Assembly: GCA_043801745.1 (NCBI GenBank)
Contig: JAZDLR010000022.1
Location: 65,960 to 129,959, forward strand
DNA length: 64,000 nt
Origin: Candidatus Komeilibacteria bacterium
GTDB lineage: Bacteria; Patescibacteriota; Patescibacteriia; UBA1558; 2-01-FULL-52-15
Direction: 5' to 3'
Of the stretch, positions 26,911-35,854 are shown in pieces. The notes beneath the pieces were generated by a model. That model did no database searches. It worked only from the letters and a program-made list of their open reading frames with translations, and was not told the DNA's origin. The position numbers and the translations under genes are program-made. Positions within the stretch are counted from its first letter, which is position 1. Each line of letters begins with the position of its first letter.

Positions 26911-26975
26911 TTAGAAGTAAGAAGTAAGAAGTAAGGAGTAAGGAGTAAGGAGTAAGGAGGAAGAAGTAAGGGAAG
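26911..26975. repeat. tandem heptamer repeat G(A/G)AGTAA x ~9
   Basis: gaagtaa gaagtaa gaagtaa ggagtaa ggagtaa ggagtaa ggaggaa gaagtaa gggaag, directly upstream of mraZ. Confidence 0.7.
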
Positions 26976-27120
26976 ATAATAGTTATACACAGAGGTACCT
27001 AGTTATCCCCACTTTCTCCCACTACACTCCATTATATACCACTTGGGCTAAAATTTCAACCACTGATATCCACTTATTTACGACATATTGATGAAATTTT
27101 GGCAAACTGCCAAATATAAA

Positions 27121-27177
27121 ACCGCACCCCCAGCAACTAGGTCATAGTTGCATGCGAGGGTGCGGGTAAACCAGCGA
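27121..27177 (-). terminator. intrinsic terminator (minus strand) ending the GC-rich island transcript
   Basis: Minus-strand RNA CCGCACCC-ucgcaugcaacuaugaccuaguugcug-GGGGUGCGG followed by UUUUAUAUUU. Confidence 0.5.
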
Positions 27178-27181
27178 CCAT

Positions 27182-27688
27182 TTAGATCCCAATACAGTGA
27201 GACAAGGCCGCCCGTGCCGCCTGAACTTCACCCTCCGGCTTTCCCTGGGTCAGGATATTCATGATCTTTATGACCTCATCGCCAGTCAGGACATGTTCCC
27301 TGGCACCAACGGCTACCATCAGGGTATGGTCAAGGTCCTCCCGTAATCCCGAGAAGGACAGGAGTCCCTTCTCTGTCCTGATAGCGCCGCCGTACTCATC
27401 AAACCTCGGCCGCCGACTCTGCCAGCTGGAAACATGGTCCGGATGAGTGAGCAGCCGAGCCGATTTTTCGGTTGAATAGAACAGGTATTTGGGCAGCTTG
27501 TCTTCCCAGACGTCCCCAATGCCGTAAACCAGTTCCAACAAACCACTTTCGTGATTCCGGAGACTGAAGAAGCCCCCATGAGAATCACGATCGTGAAGGT
27601 GCCGGACCTTGGGAAAGATCTCCTCCAGGGCTGCGACGAGCCGCACGTGAAGCGGAGAGCTATGGATAGTAGGGTGGACCCATGACAA
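27182..27688 (-). CDS. hypothetical protein (GC-rich island gene 3)
   Basis: 168 aa; GC-rich codon usage; strong SD GAGGAGG 5 nt upstream; no confident family assignment. Confidence 0.5.
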   Translation of the reverse strand: MSWVHPTIHSSPLHVRLVAALEEIFPKVRHLHDRDSHGGFFSLRNHESGLLELVYGIGDVWEDKLPKYLFYSTEKSARLLTHPDHVSSWQSRRPRFDEYGGAIRTEKGLLSFSGLREDLDHTLMVAVGAREHVLTGDEVIKIMNILTQGKPEGEVQAARAALSHCIGI

Positions 27689-27740
27689 CCTCCTCAGTTA
27701 GAGACAGCAGTGTCCAGAAACTAAATCAATGAAGCCAAGC

Positions 27741-28169
27741 TTAGATGACAACCTGACTATCCTGCTCCTCCACCGCAGCCACCCAGTAGATTAGGTGGCC
27801 GGAGCCGGAACGATGTGTGATGGTCACCTGGCCCGGCGCAAACCTGATGTGTGGATTGTCGGACCGCGGGTCGTAGCCGCTGTCTTCCAGCAAATCGGTC
27901 CACAGATCCCAAACTCCACTGGAATCTGAGACGATCAGACCAGCACGCTTCCTGTCTGCTCCATAGTGAACCTGAACTGGATCACCGGTCGAATCCGACG
28001 CAAGCTGCTGACCGGGCAAAACCTTCGGCCTATAGTGGGAAGATTCGTGCGCGGTCACAAAAGTGAAGCGCCGACCCACAAGTAGTGTGCGTAACAAGGC
28101 GGCCACCCGTTCAATATTCCTGACAGTGAGCATGCCGCCCCAATTCAAATCCATCATCTTCTCTGACAT
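27741..28169 (-). CDS. hypothetical protein (GC-rich island gene 2)
   Basis: 142 aa; SD GGAAGGAG upstream; no confident family assignment. Confidence 0.5.
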   Translation of the reverse strand: MSEKMMDLNWGGMLTVRNIERVAALLRTLLVGRRFTFVTAHESSHYRPKVLPGQQLASDSTGDPVQVHYGADRKRAGLIVSDSSGVWDLWTDLLEDSGYDPRSDNPHIRFAPGQVTITHRSGSGHLIYWVAAVEEQDSQVVI

Positions 28170-28200
28170 TATCCTACTCCTTCCACTCGTAGCGGGAATA

Positions 28201-28662
28201 TCATGCTAACAACGAAATGTCAGAACTTCTGACCAGTATTGCCCGAGAATCTTCTTCCCAGCGGCTCGCCATGGCCATCATTGCTGACCATTCAACCTGA
28301 TGCTGGTTGCGGTCGTGGAAAACAGCCATATCTTCAAACGAGCCGTGCTCCATCTCAACAATGATCACCCGATAACCCCGGGCTTGGGCTTCCTGAAAAT
28401 AATGCTCATACTCCCAGAGCTGTGATGCGGTATTATCCACGATCACGGACTGACCACTTGCCAAGGCGCCTGAGAAGGTGGCATGACAAGCCGCGTGAGC
28501 CTGGGACAGTTGGGCCGGATCAAAGCAATATCTGCCAGCCTGCCAGAAGTAATCATCGGCGCTGGCAATAACTGCCTGAAATTTCCTGGCCAGCCAGCTG
28601 GCTACATGCGACTTTCCGGAACCCGGCAAGCCGCGCATGATGATGCAGACCGGTTCCATCAA
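28201..28662 (-). CDS. small P-loop NTPase, AAA_33/predicted-kinase-like (GC-rich island gene 1)
   Basis: 153 aa. Walker A GLPGSGKS at residues 11-18; Walker-B-like VIVDNT. SD AAAGGAG upstream. Confidence 0.6.
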   Translation of the reverse strand: MMEPVCIIMRGLPGSGKSHVASWLARKFQAVIASADDYFWQAGRYCFDPAQLSQAHAACHATFSGALASGQSVIVDNTASQLWEYEHYFQEAQARGYRVIIVEMEHGSFEDMAVFHDRNQHQVEWSAMMAMASRWEEDSRAILVRSSDISLLA

Positions 28663-28750
28663 TCAGCTCCTTTGTGAAAGTACGGTTCGAAAAAATCGGA
28701 ATATAACAGAATAACATAGTTTGATAACTATGTCAATAATTTTCATTAGA

Positions 28751-28778
28751 TTGTAGGATTTAGGCGTTAGGACTTAGG
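28751..28778. promoter_or_regulatory. TTAGG-rich motif copy (TTGTAGGATTTAGGCGTTAGGACTTAGG)
   Basis: Located upstream of a minus-strand -35 TTGACA / -10 TATTCT-like promoter for the island operon. Confidence 0.3.
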
Positions 28779-28867
28779 CTGAAAAAATAGCCCATTCATA
28801 ATAATTATTAAGTATTTAGGCATAACCAGCACATAGCCGCGTAGCCAAATTCTTGGTATAATTTACT

Positions 28868-29147
28868 CAATAACAAATGTTCACCCACGAACTAAATAGG
28901 GGTAAATAAAGAAAGAAGCTAATTTTAGCGTCTTTTAACGTCTCTATTTGACAAGTCTGTGGATAAGTGCAAGGCTGAAAGTCCTTTCAAACTAAAAGAC
29001 CACCTATACCGACGAGAGATATTTTCAAAATTGGTGGACCGCACGGGCTATGATCCCGTAATGAAGAGTTAGAAGCTCTTCGTGATGCCAATTTCACTAG
29101 CGGCCCACGCAATCTCTCGCCGATACAGGCGGTTTTTTATTACTCAA
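28868..29147 (+). ncRNA. candidate small RNA (weak call)
   Basis: Extended -10 TGGTATAAT at 28852-28860 (+); downstream hairpin CGCC-gatacag-GCGG followed by TTTTTTAT at 29122-29147. No ORF of 60 aa or more in the 1.2-kb intergenic stretch 28663-29850. Confidence 0.2.
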
Positions 29148-29743
29148 AAAAGCCACTAAAGGCAACCGCCCCGCCGATAACTAGTAAACTAGTCGCGGCA
29201 GTGTTCAAGCACCCAACGACCTTTCGGTCGGCGGGGAAGCTACCTTTAATGGCTTTAACAGCTATCTATTCGGTTGCCTTACCTCGGCTTGAAACGAGGT
29301 TAAATATCTATGAACAAATATATTTTATTGCTGAATCATTATAGCACACTTTTAAGAAAACAACAACTAACAATGACTAAAAAATCGTCCATCTTTCTAA
29401 TCTCCAGACCGATTAGCTAAAAATTGGTGGATACTAAATCATATCCTGACGATAATTATGGCATATAGCTATAATAAACGCACCTACATCTATAAGATCT
29501 CTCAATATTATTTTTCTGACCAATAAACTAACAAAAACAAAATACCAATATAACTAATGGATGCAAGAATTAAGGCTACAATTGGACTGGCTTTAAACCC
29601 TTCGATTATGCCATATACTAAGAGCGGTCCAATGACGAACATCCATAATAACGTCAATAGACCTTTTATTGTACTCATCATATATACAGACTATCAAACA
29701 TATTACCTGCAGTTAAGGGATAATAACCTTTAGATACCTCACC

Positions 29744-29848
29744 TGTCCTCTCCTTGTAAAGGAGAGGAACGCTACTAAAGAGGCTAATCGCTATGGCCAT
29801 CCATACATCCTCCCTCTCCTTTTCTAAGGAGAGGGTTGGGGTGAGGTT
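29744..29848. repeat. MITE-like palindromic repeat element, copy B (inverted relative to copy A; ~105 bp)
   Basis: ATACCTCACCTGTCCTCTCCTTGTAAAGGAGAGGAACG ... CCCTCTCCTTTTCTAAGGAGAGGGTTGGGGTGAGGTT. Shares both hairpins and the terminal inverted repeats with copy A; lacks A's ~65-bp GC-rich internal insertion. Confidence 0.5.
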
Positions 29849-29850
29849 GT

Positions 29851-30249
29851 TTAACTAGAGTTTTTACTTTTCCCTATCCTCGGCTTTGAGCTATACTCTG
29901 CTTTAATAAATACTTTTCTAGCTTTCTTTAAGCTTTTATTTATAGCGGCAACCGTAACAACGCCGTGATGGGCAAATACCGGCACACCCCAAGCCCAACC
30001 CAGAGAATTAACAACTGACACAGCCAGACGCTGTGAGGCTAGGCTCATGGGCGATTGTACTAAACCGATGGCTGACAAATGAATAGGTTTCACCTTGTTC
30101 CGTTTCAAAACTTTATCAATCAAGGGCAATAGAGCCTGATCTAACTTGGACGCCGCCACGCGAAGACAATGAAGTTTATTCCCACGTAACAAATAAACCG
30201 ACAAATAATTATCGCTTGTCGGCTCAATGACTAATACAACCGCGGACAT
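29851..30249 (-). CDS. tsaB: TsaB/YeaZ-like tRNA t6A37 biosynthesis protein, short form
   Basis: 132 aa. Pattern VVLVIEPTSDNYLSVYLL...LLPLIDKVL...LSAIGLVQSPMSLASQRLAVSVVNSLGWAWGVPVF matches the inactive Kae1-paralog N-domain (GPGSFTGLRIG equivalent present but degenerate). Confidence 0.55.
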   Translation of the reverse strand: MSAVVLVIEPTSDNYLSVYLLRGNKLHCLRVAASKLDQALLPLIDKVLKRNKVKPIHLSAIGLVQSPMSLASQRLAVSVVNSLGWAWGVPVFAHHGVVTVAAINKSLKKARKVFIKAEYSSKPRIGKSKNSS

Positions 30250-30828
30250 TTATTTGTTCAACTTATTGACCACAATAATAGGATTCAGATTCAACACCTG
30301 ATAGACAAACTTATCAGTCATGCTGCGGCGGTAGACGTATTCCTGTTTGCTAAAAATCGTGAAACGCAGATTGTCCTGAAATTCACCGGCGATTTTATTA
30401 ATAGCCCGCTGTACCACGGCCTTATCAACTGAACCGACCAAGAAAATATCGGTCGGCACATCAGTACCGTTAAAAATACCGGTTAAAATCAACAGCTGGA
30501 CGCCTTTAATCGTGGCCAGAGAAGAAGCCAGATTCTTCTCCATTAACATCAAAGACTTATAAATCAACGACTTGAATTCAGGCAATAATGTGAAGTCACG
30601 ATTTAATACCCAAGTTTTCTTACCATCGACCAAAGTCCTCTCAATAAAACCCATGGTCTCCAAAGAAGCCAGTTCAGTGACAATTTTTTTGCTGGTGCTA
30701 CGAAAACGGCGGGCCAACACTTCCGGTGCCACCGGTCCAGGGTTTTCCTGGACAAAATACTGTATTAGGCCAGCTCGCAAAGCAGAACCAAAAAGTAATT
30801 TCAACATAGAATGAAAATATTGTACCAT
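30250..30828 (-). CDS. hypothetical protein, possible winged-helix N-terminal domain
   Basis: 192 aa; no recognised motifs. Abuts tsaB (stop/start adjacent). Confidence 0.4.
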   Translation of the reverse strand: MVQYFHSMLKLLFGSALRAGLIQYFVQENPGPVAPEVLARRFRSTSKKIVTELASLETMGFIERTLVDGKKTWVLNRDFTLLPEFKSLIYKSLMLMEKNLASSLATIKGVQLLILTGIFNGTDVPTDIFLVGSVDKAVVQRAINKIAGEFQDNLRFTIFSKQEYVYRRSMTDKFVYQVLNLNPIIVVNKLNK

Positions 30829-30893
30829 TTTCTGGCTGTTATAGCCAGTATTTACTAGGCGAAAATCGTTAAAAATGATAAAATAGGCATAAT

Positions 30894-32990
30894 ATGATAG
30901 TCCCTATTTCTCTAGCAAAATTGTTTATCCACGATACTGGCTCCAGCCGCAGCCATACTGATATCACGCTGGCTCACAGCGATCCGCATTGGCAACGGCG
31001 TTTGGTGGTAATTGTTGATTTTCCCCGTTTGCCGCGTTTCGATCAGAGTTATCTCCTGGAGGCCATTACCAAAGAATGCGCTGACTGGTTTCAGAAAACG
31101 ATCCAACTAGAATCCGAGCAATCTTTAGAAAAAATTCTGGAACAGCTTAATTATTTGCTGCCCAACATTATTCCCAAGAAAAATTCCCGCTGGTTGGAAC
31201 AACTTAACATTTTAATTGCCATTATTGACGGCCGGGAAACGCATTTTGCTCATCTGGGACAAATGGCAGCCTGGATTCTTCATGATAATGCCTTTACCCT
31301 AGTTTCTCCATCCAGCAAAGTTATCAATCCCCTGAAGCTGTTCTCCAGCTGTACCAGCGGCGATCTGGATGAAGATGAAACATTAATTTTTACCACTTCT
31401 TCCCTAACTGACTATGTTTCCGAAGTCAAAATCCGACAAATTATTAGTTCCGGTACTACAGCGGAAGCGGTAGAAAAATTTGAATTGCTCTTGGAGCAGG
31501 TCCCCCGCTTTGTCAGTTTTGCGGCCGTGATACTAAAGGGTCAGGAAGAAGAAGCTTTACCGCAGCCGCCAAAAATCGTTAAGTCGCCACGAACAGCCGT
31601 ATCGGCAACAACCGGCCTAGGACGTATTCCCGGCCGCACCACTAATCGTCCCCGACCGGCCAAGTCTGATCAACCATCAATTTCCACCAACATACTTCAG
31701 GGTATGGGCTGGGCTTTAAAATTCTTCTTTGTGCACGCCTGGTTATACTTAAAATTATTAGGACGTTTTTTCGTGGGGCTGTTCCAGACCGTGGTACAGA
31801 CCGGCAAATTTATCATTCATCCCGATATCCGGACGGAAGCCAGTCACCGTCAGTGGAACCGTCTGGAATCATCAGTCGATAAATTACATCACAGCTTCCG
31901 CTCTAAACATTGGACGCACCGCTGGTTAATTGTCGCTTGTCTAATTCTAGTCTTAATCATTCTTAACGTCATTATTTACCGCGGCCAGGATTTGCAGCTA
32001 AATAAACAGTACCGGGTTTATAGCGAGACCTTAGCGCAATTAGGCAGCATGCAGTCGGATGTGGACGCCAGTCGGGTATATAATGATGACAAAAAAGCCG
32101 AGAGCATCTTGGCCAGTATGCTGGGCCGGATTAATCAGCTGACACCACAAGATAGTAATCAAAAAAAACAACTAAACGATTTACGGGAAAGAATCGACCG
32201 CCAACTCAATGAAGTGCGGCATATTAATTCGCTGGACACTCCTCTGCTCTACCGCGACCTCACAAGTCTGAACCAAGAATTCCATCATTTAGCCGTTATC
32301 AACAATATTGGCTATGTCTCCGGGGCTCAAGGCATATACCGCTTAGATGAAACACCCAAACAAATTGTCGCCCAAACTCTAAACTCCGGTTATTTGTTTA
32401 ACACCAGTAATAATACTTTAGTTTTGCTCAATGACCGGCAGCTGGCAACTATCAGCGGTTCCAACGCTAACCCGGCACAAATTACCTGGAATGCCGGCCT
32501 GCAGACCATTGATCAGGCACTGCTTTATGGCGACAATCTTTATATTGTTGATAAAACCAGTGGAACGATTTATAAACACAGCGGCGATGCCTCCGGTACA
32601 AAATACGGTAACGGCACAGTTTGGCTCAAAGATCAGCCACTAATTAATGCCACACAGAGTATCGCCATTGACGGTAACATCTGGCTCATTGATAGCCAGG
32701 GGGCAATAGTGAAACTATTCAAAGGCCAAAGGCAACAATTTGACTACCAGCGTCCCCTGCCGGCTTTTGGCAACGGTAGCCAGATTATGACAACAAAAAA
32801 TTCCGACTGGCTCTATATTCTGGATCCGGCTAATAAACGCGTAGCGATTATGGACAAGAAGGGCTCGATCAAGGATCAGTTCACCTCACCAAAATTTGAT
32901 AATCTGAAAAGTTTCGCCGTTGATGCCGCGGAAAAAATTATTTACCTGCTAAACGGCGATAAAATCTATCAGCTGGCGATAAAAAAATAA
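30894..32990 (+). CDS. membrane protein with cytoplasmic N-terminal domain, single TM and C-terminal beta-propeller-like repeat domain
   Basis: 698 aa. TM WLIVACLILVLIILNVIIY around residue 340. C-terminal repeated blades (LYIVDKTSGTIYKH, IWLIDSQGAIVKLFKG, LYILDPANKRVAIMDKKG, IIYLLNGDKIYQL). One of few plus-strand genes. Confidence 0.45.
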   Translation: MIVPISLAKLFIHDTGSSRSHTDITLAHSDPHWQRRLVVIVDFPRLPRFDQSYLLEAITKECADWFQKTIQLESEQSLEKILEQLNYLLPNIIPKKNSRWLEQLNILIAIIDGRETHFAHLGQMAAWILHDNAFTLVSPSSKVINPLKLFSSCTSGDLDEDETLIFTTSSLTDYVSEVKIRQIISSGTTAEAVEKFELLLEQVPRFVSFAAVILKGQEEEALPQPPKIVKSPRTAVSATTGLGRIPGRTTNRPRPAKSDQPSISTNILQGMGWALKFFFVHAWLYLKLLGRFFVGLFQTVVQTGKFIIHPDIRTEASHRQWNRLESSVDKLHHSFRSKHWTHRWLIVACLILVLIILNVIIYRGQDLQLNKQYRVYSETLAQLGSMQSDVDASRVYNDDKKAESILASMLGRINQLTPQDSNQKKQLNDLRERIDRQLNEVRHINSLDTPLLYRDLTSLNQEFHHLAVINNIGYVSGAQGIYRLDETPKQIVAQTLNSGYLFNTSNNTLVLLNDRQLATISGSNANPAQITWNAGLQTIDQALLYGDNLYIVDKTSGTIYKHSGDASGTKYGNGTVWLKDQPLINATQSIAIDGNIWLIDSQGAIVKLFKGQRQQFDYQRPLPAFGNGSQIMTTKNSDWLYILDPANKRVAIMDKKGSIKDQFTSPKFDNLKSFAVDAAEKIIYLLNGDKIYQLAIKK

Positions 32991-32996
32991 CTGACA

Positions 32997-33030
32997 AAAA
33001 AGCGTCCATGAAGACGTTTTTTATTTTTCA
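32997..33030 (+). terminator. intrinsic terminator after 30894..32990
   Basis: AAAAAGCGTC-catgaa-GACGTTTTTTATTTTT. Confidence 0.55.
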
Positions 33031-33428
33031 GCTAAACCATACTGTCTCGGCTATATTTGTAAAATTATTGCCTTTGGCACGACAGTTTGATGTTAGTAGG
33101 ATAATGTTTGAATAATAAAGCTTTTTGTCATATTTTGGGATATCTATTATGCCCTCGCCGGGCGGGCCCTACTTTTGTAACCAAAAGTAGGCAAAAGTTT
33201 TGGCCCGCTTCGCCAAAGCGTTAGCGAGGCGAGGGTCGCGTAAGTCGCGTGAGTCTTTTTGACTTTATTTTTTCTTGCCTTGGCTATTAGTACGCGACCC
33301 CAAACCCCCTAAAGACAGAACTAGTCGGCGCCAATTAAGCAGAAGCGCTCTTACCGTTAATGTATTAACTTAGGTTGATGCCATAGGCAGTCAGAACAGA
33401 AACTCCCAGAGTTAAAGCTGAATAATGC

Positions 33429-34016
33429 CTATTTTAACCAAATTCCAATTACGCAGAGGATAATTATTTGCCAAATAATCCCCGGGATTACTCCTATGCG
33501 TATTTTCCAGTGATGAGTTAAATACTGATGAAAACTAAAATGAAGCTTATTTATTGCTGCGGCCAGCTGAGGCAGCGCTAACACTGTTATAAACTCAGAC
33601 GAACGGCGCTTCTGAGCTTCAGCCAGCATAGTCAGGCCGGCAATAAAATCCGGCAATACCGCACCGCCAATACCGACCCAATAAACAAATGGTATGGGTC
33701 GGCCCAGTAAATCTGGTCGAACTAAAGATAAATAGAGAATAAAAGCCGATAAATCCAACAATAAAATCAGCGCTAATCTACCCATATGCCCGTGATACCA
33801 ATCATAAACTTCCTCGTCACCGTGCGGAATAAAATCTAAAATAAAATGCGAAACAAAGCCCCCGACAAAAGCCACCAGCGGGCTATTGGTCTGGCTGGCG
33901 ATCAAGGTTCCGACAGCGGCATGAACAGTTAAATACATAAAGTGACCTAAGTTTATCACACGACCCAGATTATCCTCAAATGACAGAGCCCCTTGTCCAA
34001 CGGACAAGGGGCCCAA
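33429..34016 (-). CDS. membrane-bound metal-dependent hydrolase, YdjM/DUF457 family
   Basis: 195 aa. Motifs HAAVGTLIA and FVSHFILDFIPHGDEE are typical of DUF457. Confidence 0.55.
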   Translation of the reverse strand: MGPLSVGQGALSFEDNLGRVINLGHFMYLTVHAAVGTLIASQTNSPLVAFVGGFVSHFILDFIPHGDEEVYDWYHGHMGRLALILLLDLSAFILYLSLVRPDLLGRPIPFVYWVGIGGAVLPDFIAGLTMLAEAQKRRSSEFITVLALPQLAAAINKLHFSFHQYLTHHWKIRIGVIPGIIWQIIILCVIGIWLK

Positions 34017-34030
34017 AACAACGGAAGTGA

Positions 34031-34390
34031 TCAGTCAGCGACAGTAGCCGAATCGGAAACAGAGCCGTGCATCAAAATATCCTGAAGATGTTGACTGCGC
34101 AACCGTACCAAGCCGCGACCCAGATAATTCCGCACCTGGGTAACAGTCAGATCCAGCTCCGAAGCCACCAGCTGGATTGCCTGCTCTTCGGAACGCGACT
34201 TGCCGCGCCAGAAGTAAACCATGGCAACAGCCGCGGCCTGTCGGTTACTCAAAGTGTTAAAGGCCACCCTGAGGTTCTCAGCGCGCAATACTCGCTGCGG
34301 ATCATGCCGCGGTACCAAATCCGTTTGCAGCACTTCCCAACCACGCTGATCCAAAACCAATCCTCCTTGATTGATGAACACTGCCACCAA
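34031..34390 (-). CDS. sigma-70 region-4 (HTH) domain protein; possibly a truncated sigma-factor remnant
   Basis: 119 aa. LSNRQAAAVAMVYFWRGKSRSEEQAIQLVASELDLTVTQVRNYLGRGLVRLR is a canonical sigma region 4.2, but there is no region 2. TTG start, no SD, and GC-rich relative to neighbours. Confidence 0.4.
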   Translation of the reverse strand: MVAVFINQGGLVLDQRGWEVLQTDLVPRHDPQRVLRAENLRVAFNTLSNRQAAAVAMVYFWRGKSRSEEQAIQLVASELDLTVTQVRNYLGRGLVRLRSQHLQDILMHGSVSDSATVAD

Positions 34391-34545
34391 CCCGGTGGCG
34401 GGGTAGAACGATAATCAGGGTTTATATCAATAACTATATTATCTGTCAACCCGCCGGCATATTTCACTTAAATCTAGTATTAAGTCTGCAAATGAAAACA
34501 AAAACCCCCGGACAACAATCCAGGGGATTTCTGCAAAATTCTAAT

Positions 34546-34953
34546 TTATTTCAGCGTAACTTTAGCACCAGCAGTTTCCAAGGTTTTCTTCATAGCCTCA
34601 GCATCAGCCTTGGCTACACCTTCCTTGATAACTTTCGGAGCACCATCGACAATGTCTTTGGCTTCCTTCAGACCAAGCTGGGTGACTTCACGGACAGCCT
34701 TGATGACACCGATTTTGTTATCACCGGTAGCGGTTAACTCCACAGTGAAAGAGGTTTTTTCCTCGGCAGCTTCAGCCACAGCTCCGGCACCGGCGTTTGA
34801 CGCAGACATCATTACTGGGGCAGCAGCGGAAACTCCAAACTTATCTTCTAGAACTTTCACTAATTCAGAAAGGTCTAGAACCGACATTTTTTCAATCTCG
34901 CTGACAATAGATTGAAACTTGGCCGGAACTTCAATGACTTTTTCTTCAGACAT
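34546..34953 (-). CDS. rplL: 50S ribosomal protein L7/L12
   Basis: [41 protein letters not shown] ... [32 protein letters not shown]. Confidence 0.95.
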   Translation of the reverse strand: MSEEKVIEVPAKFQSIVSEIEKMSVLDLSELVKVLEDKFGVSAAAPVMMSASNAGAGAVAEAAEEKTSFTVELTATGDNKIGVIKAVREVTQLGLKEAKDIVDGAPKVIKEGVAKADAEAMKKTLETAGAKVTLK

Positions 34954-35014
34954 AATATTGTTAATTATTTAATGAATAATCCGCCCAAAGGGCGGTCGCC
35001 CTGTGGGCGAAAAA

Positions 35015-35536
35015 TTAAGCGGTTTTTCTGTCTTTGACCGAATTAAGAACATTAACCAACCCCCGCAAATTTCCGGCCAGAACATTGACGAAACCGGATA
35101 CCGGAGCCTGAATGGTACGGACCGTAGCGGCCAGTAGTTCTAGTCTGCTAGGCAAAGCCGCCAAGGCCAATACTTTATCTTTGGAAATAAAGTTGCCTTC
35201 CAGCATTCCGCCCAGAATTACTAACTTCTCATTGGCTTTGGAAGCAGCGCGCACCAAACGGGCCGGAGCAACCGCGTCAGTATCAGAATAAGCCACTGCT
35301 ACATTACCCTTAGCTTCCAGAGTCGCGTCAATTTTAGCTTCAGCCAAGGCTTTCTGTAACAGAGTTTTCTTAATACCCTGATAACCAGCTTGCTCACTAC
35401 GCAATTTTTTACGCAAATCCTGGCTTTCCTTCACAGTCAAACCCTGATCGGAAGTAAACACTACTCCCTGACTGGAAGCTAATTTACTCTGAACTAGGTC
35501 TAACTCCTCTTTTTTTCGGGCTTTACTTTTTGGCAT
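35015..35536 (-). CDS. rplJ: 50S ribosomal protein L10
   Basis: 173 aa, L10 family; immediately upstream of rplL. Confidence 0.95.
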   Translation of the reverse strand: MPKSKARKKEELDLVQSKLASSQGVVFTSDQGLTVKESQDLRKKLRSEQAGYQGIKKTLLQKALAEAKIDATLEAKGNVAVAYSDTDAVAPARLVRAASKANEKLVILGGMLEGNFISKDKVLALAALPSRLELLAATVRTIQAPVSGFVNVLAGNLRGLVNVLNSVKDRKTA

Positions 35537-35854
35537 AATTTTGAATAGCTCATCCCCCTTCGCTAAAGCTTTGGGGGATTATTTCGCTAAAGCGAAATAA
35601 AATAATCTGTGAGTAACCACAGACATTAAGGTTTCCAGTCATAACTGGATGCGGCCTCGGTAGGAAATTAAGTCCTTCGACTCCTGCGTCTGACGCAGTC
35701 GCTCAGGACACCCACTGTCTGTGGCATTTGATTTGTGATCAGAGTGTATCAAAGTGATGACTTTTAGTCAACTGCCGCAGTTTCAAGTTGAAAGTTGGAA
35801 GTTGTCAGCAAGACGCTTTAAACATTCAACTTTCAACTGAAAACTATTAGCTAA

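Noticed and set aside
27182-27688. 168-aa island protein as a 2H (LigT-type) phosphoesterase or HD hydrolase
   Set aside because: H-x-T/S-x dipeptides are present (HPTI, HESG) but not in the hydrophobic context or ~80-aa spacing of 2H enzymes. An HD dipeptide occurs, but without the H…HD…D metal-ligand pattern. Left as hypothetical.
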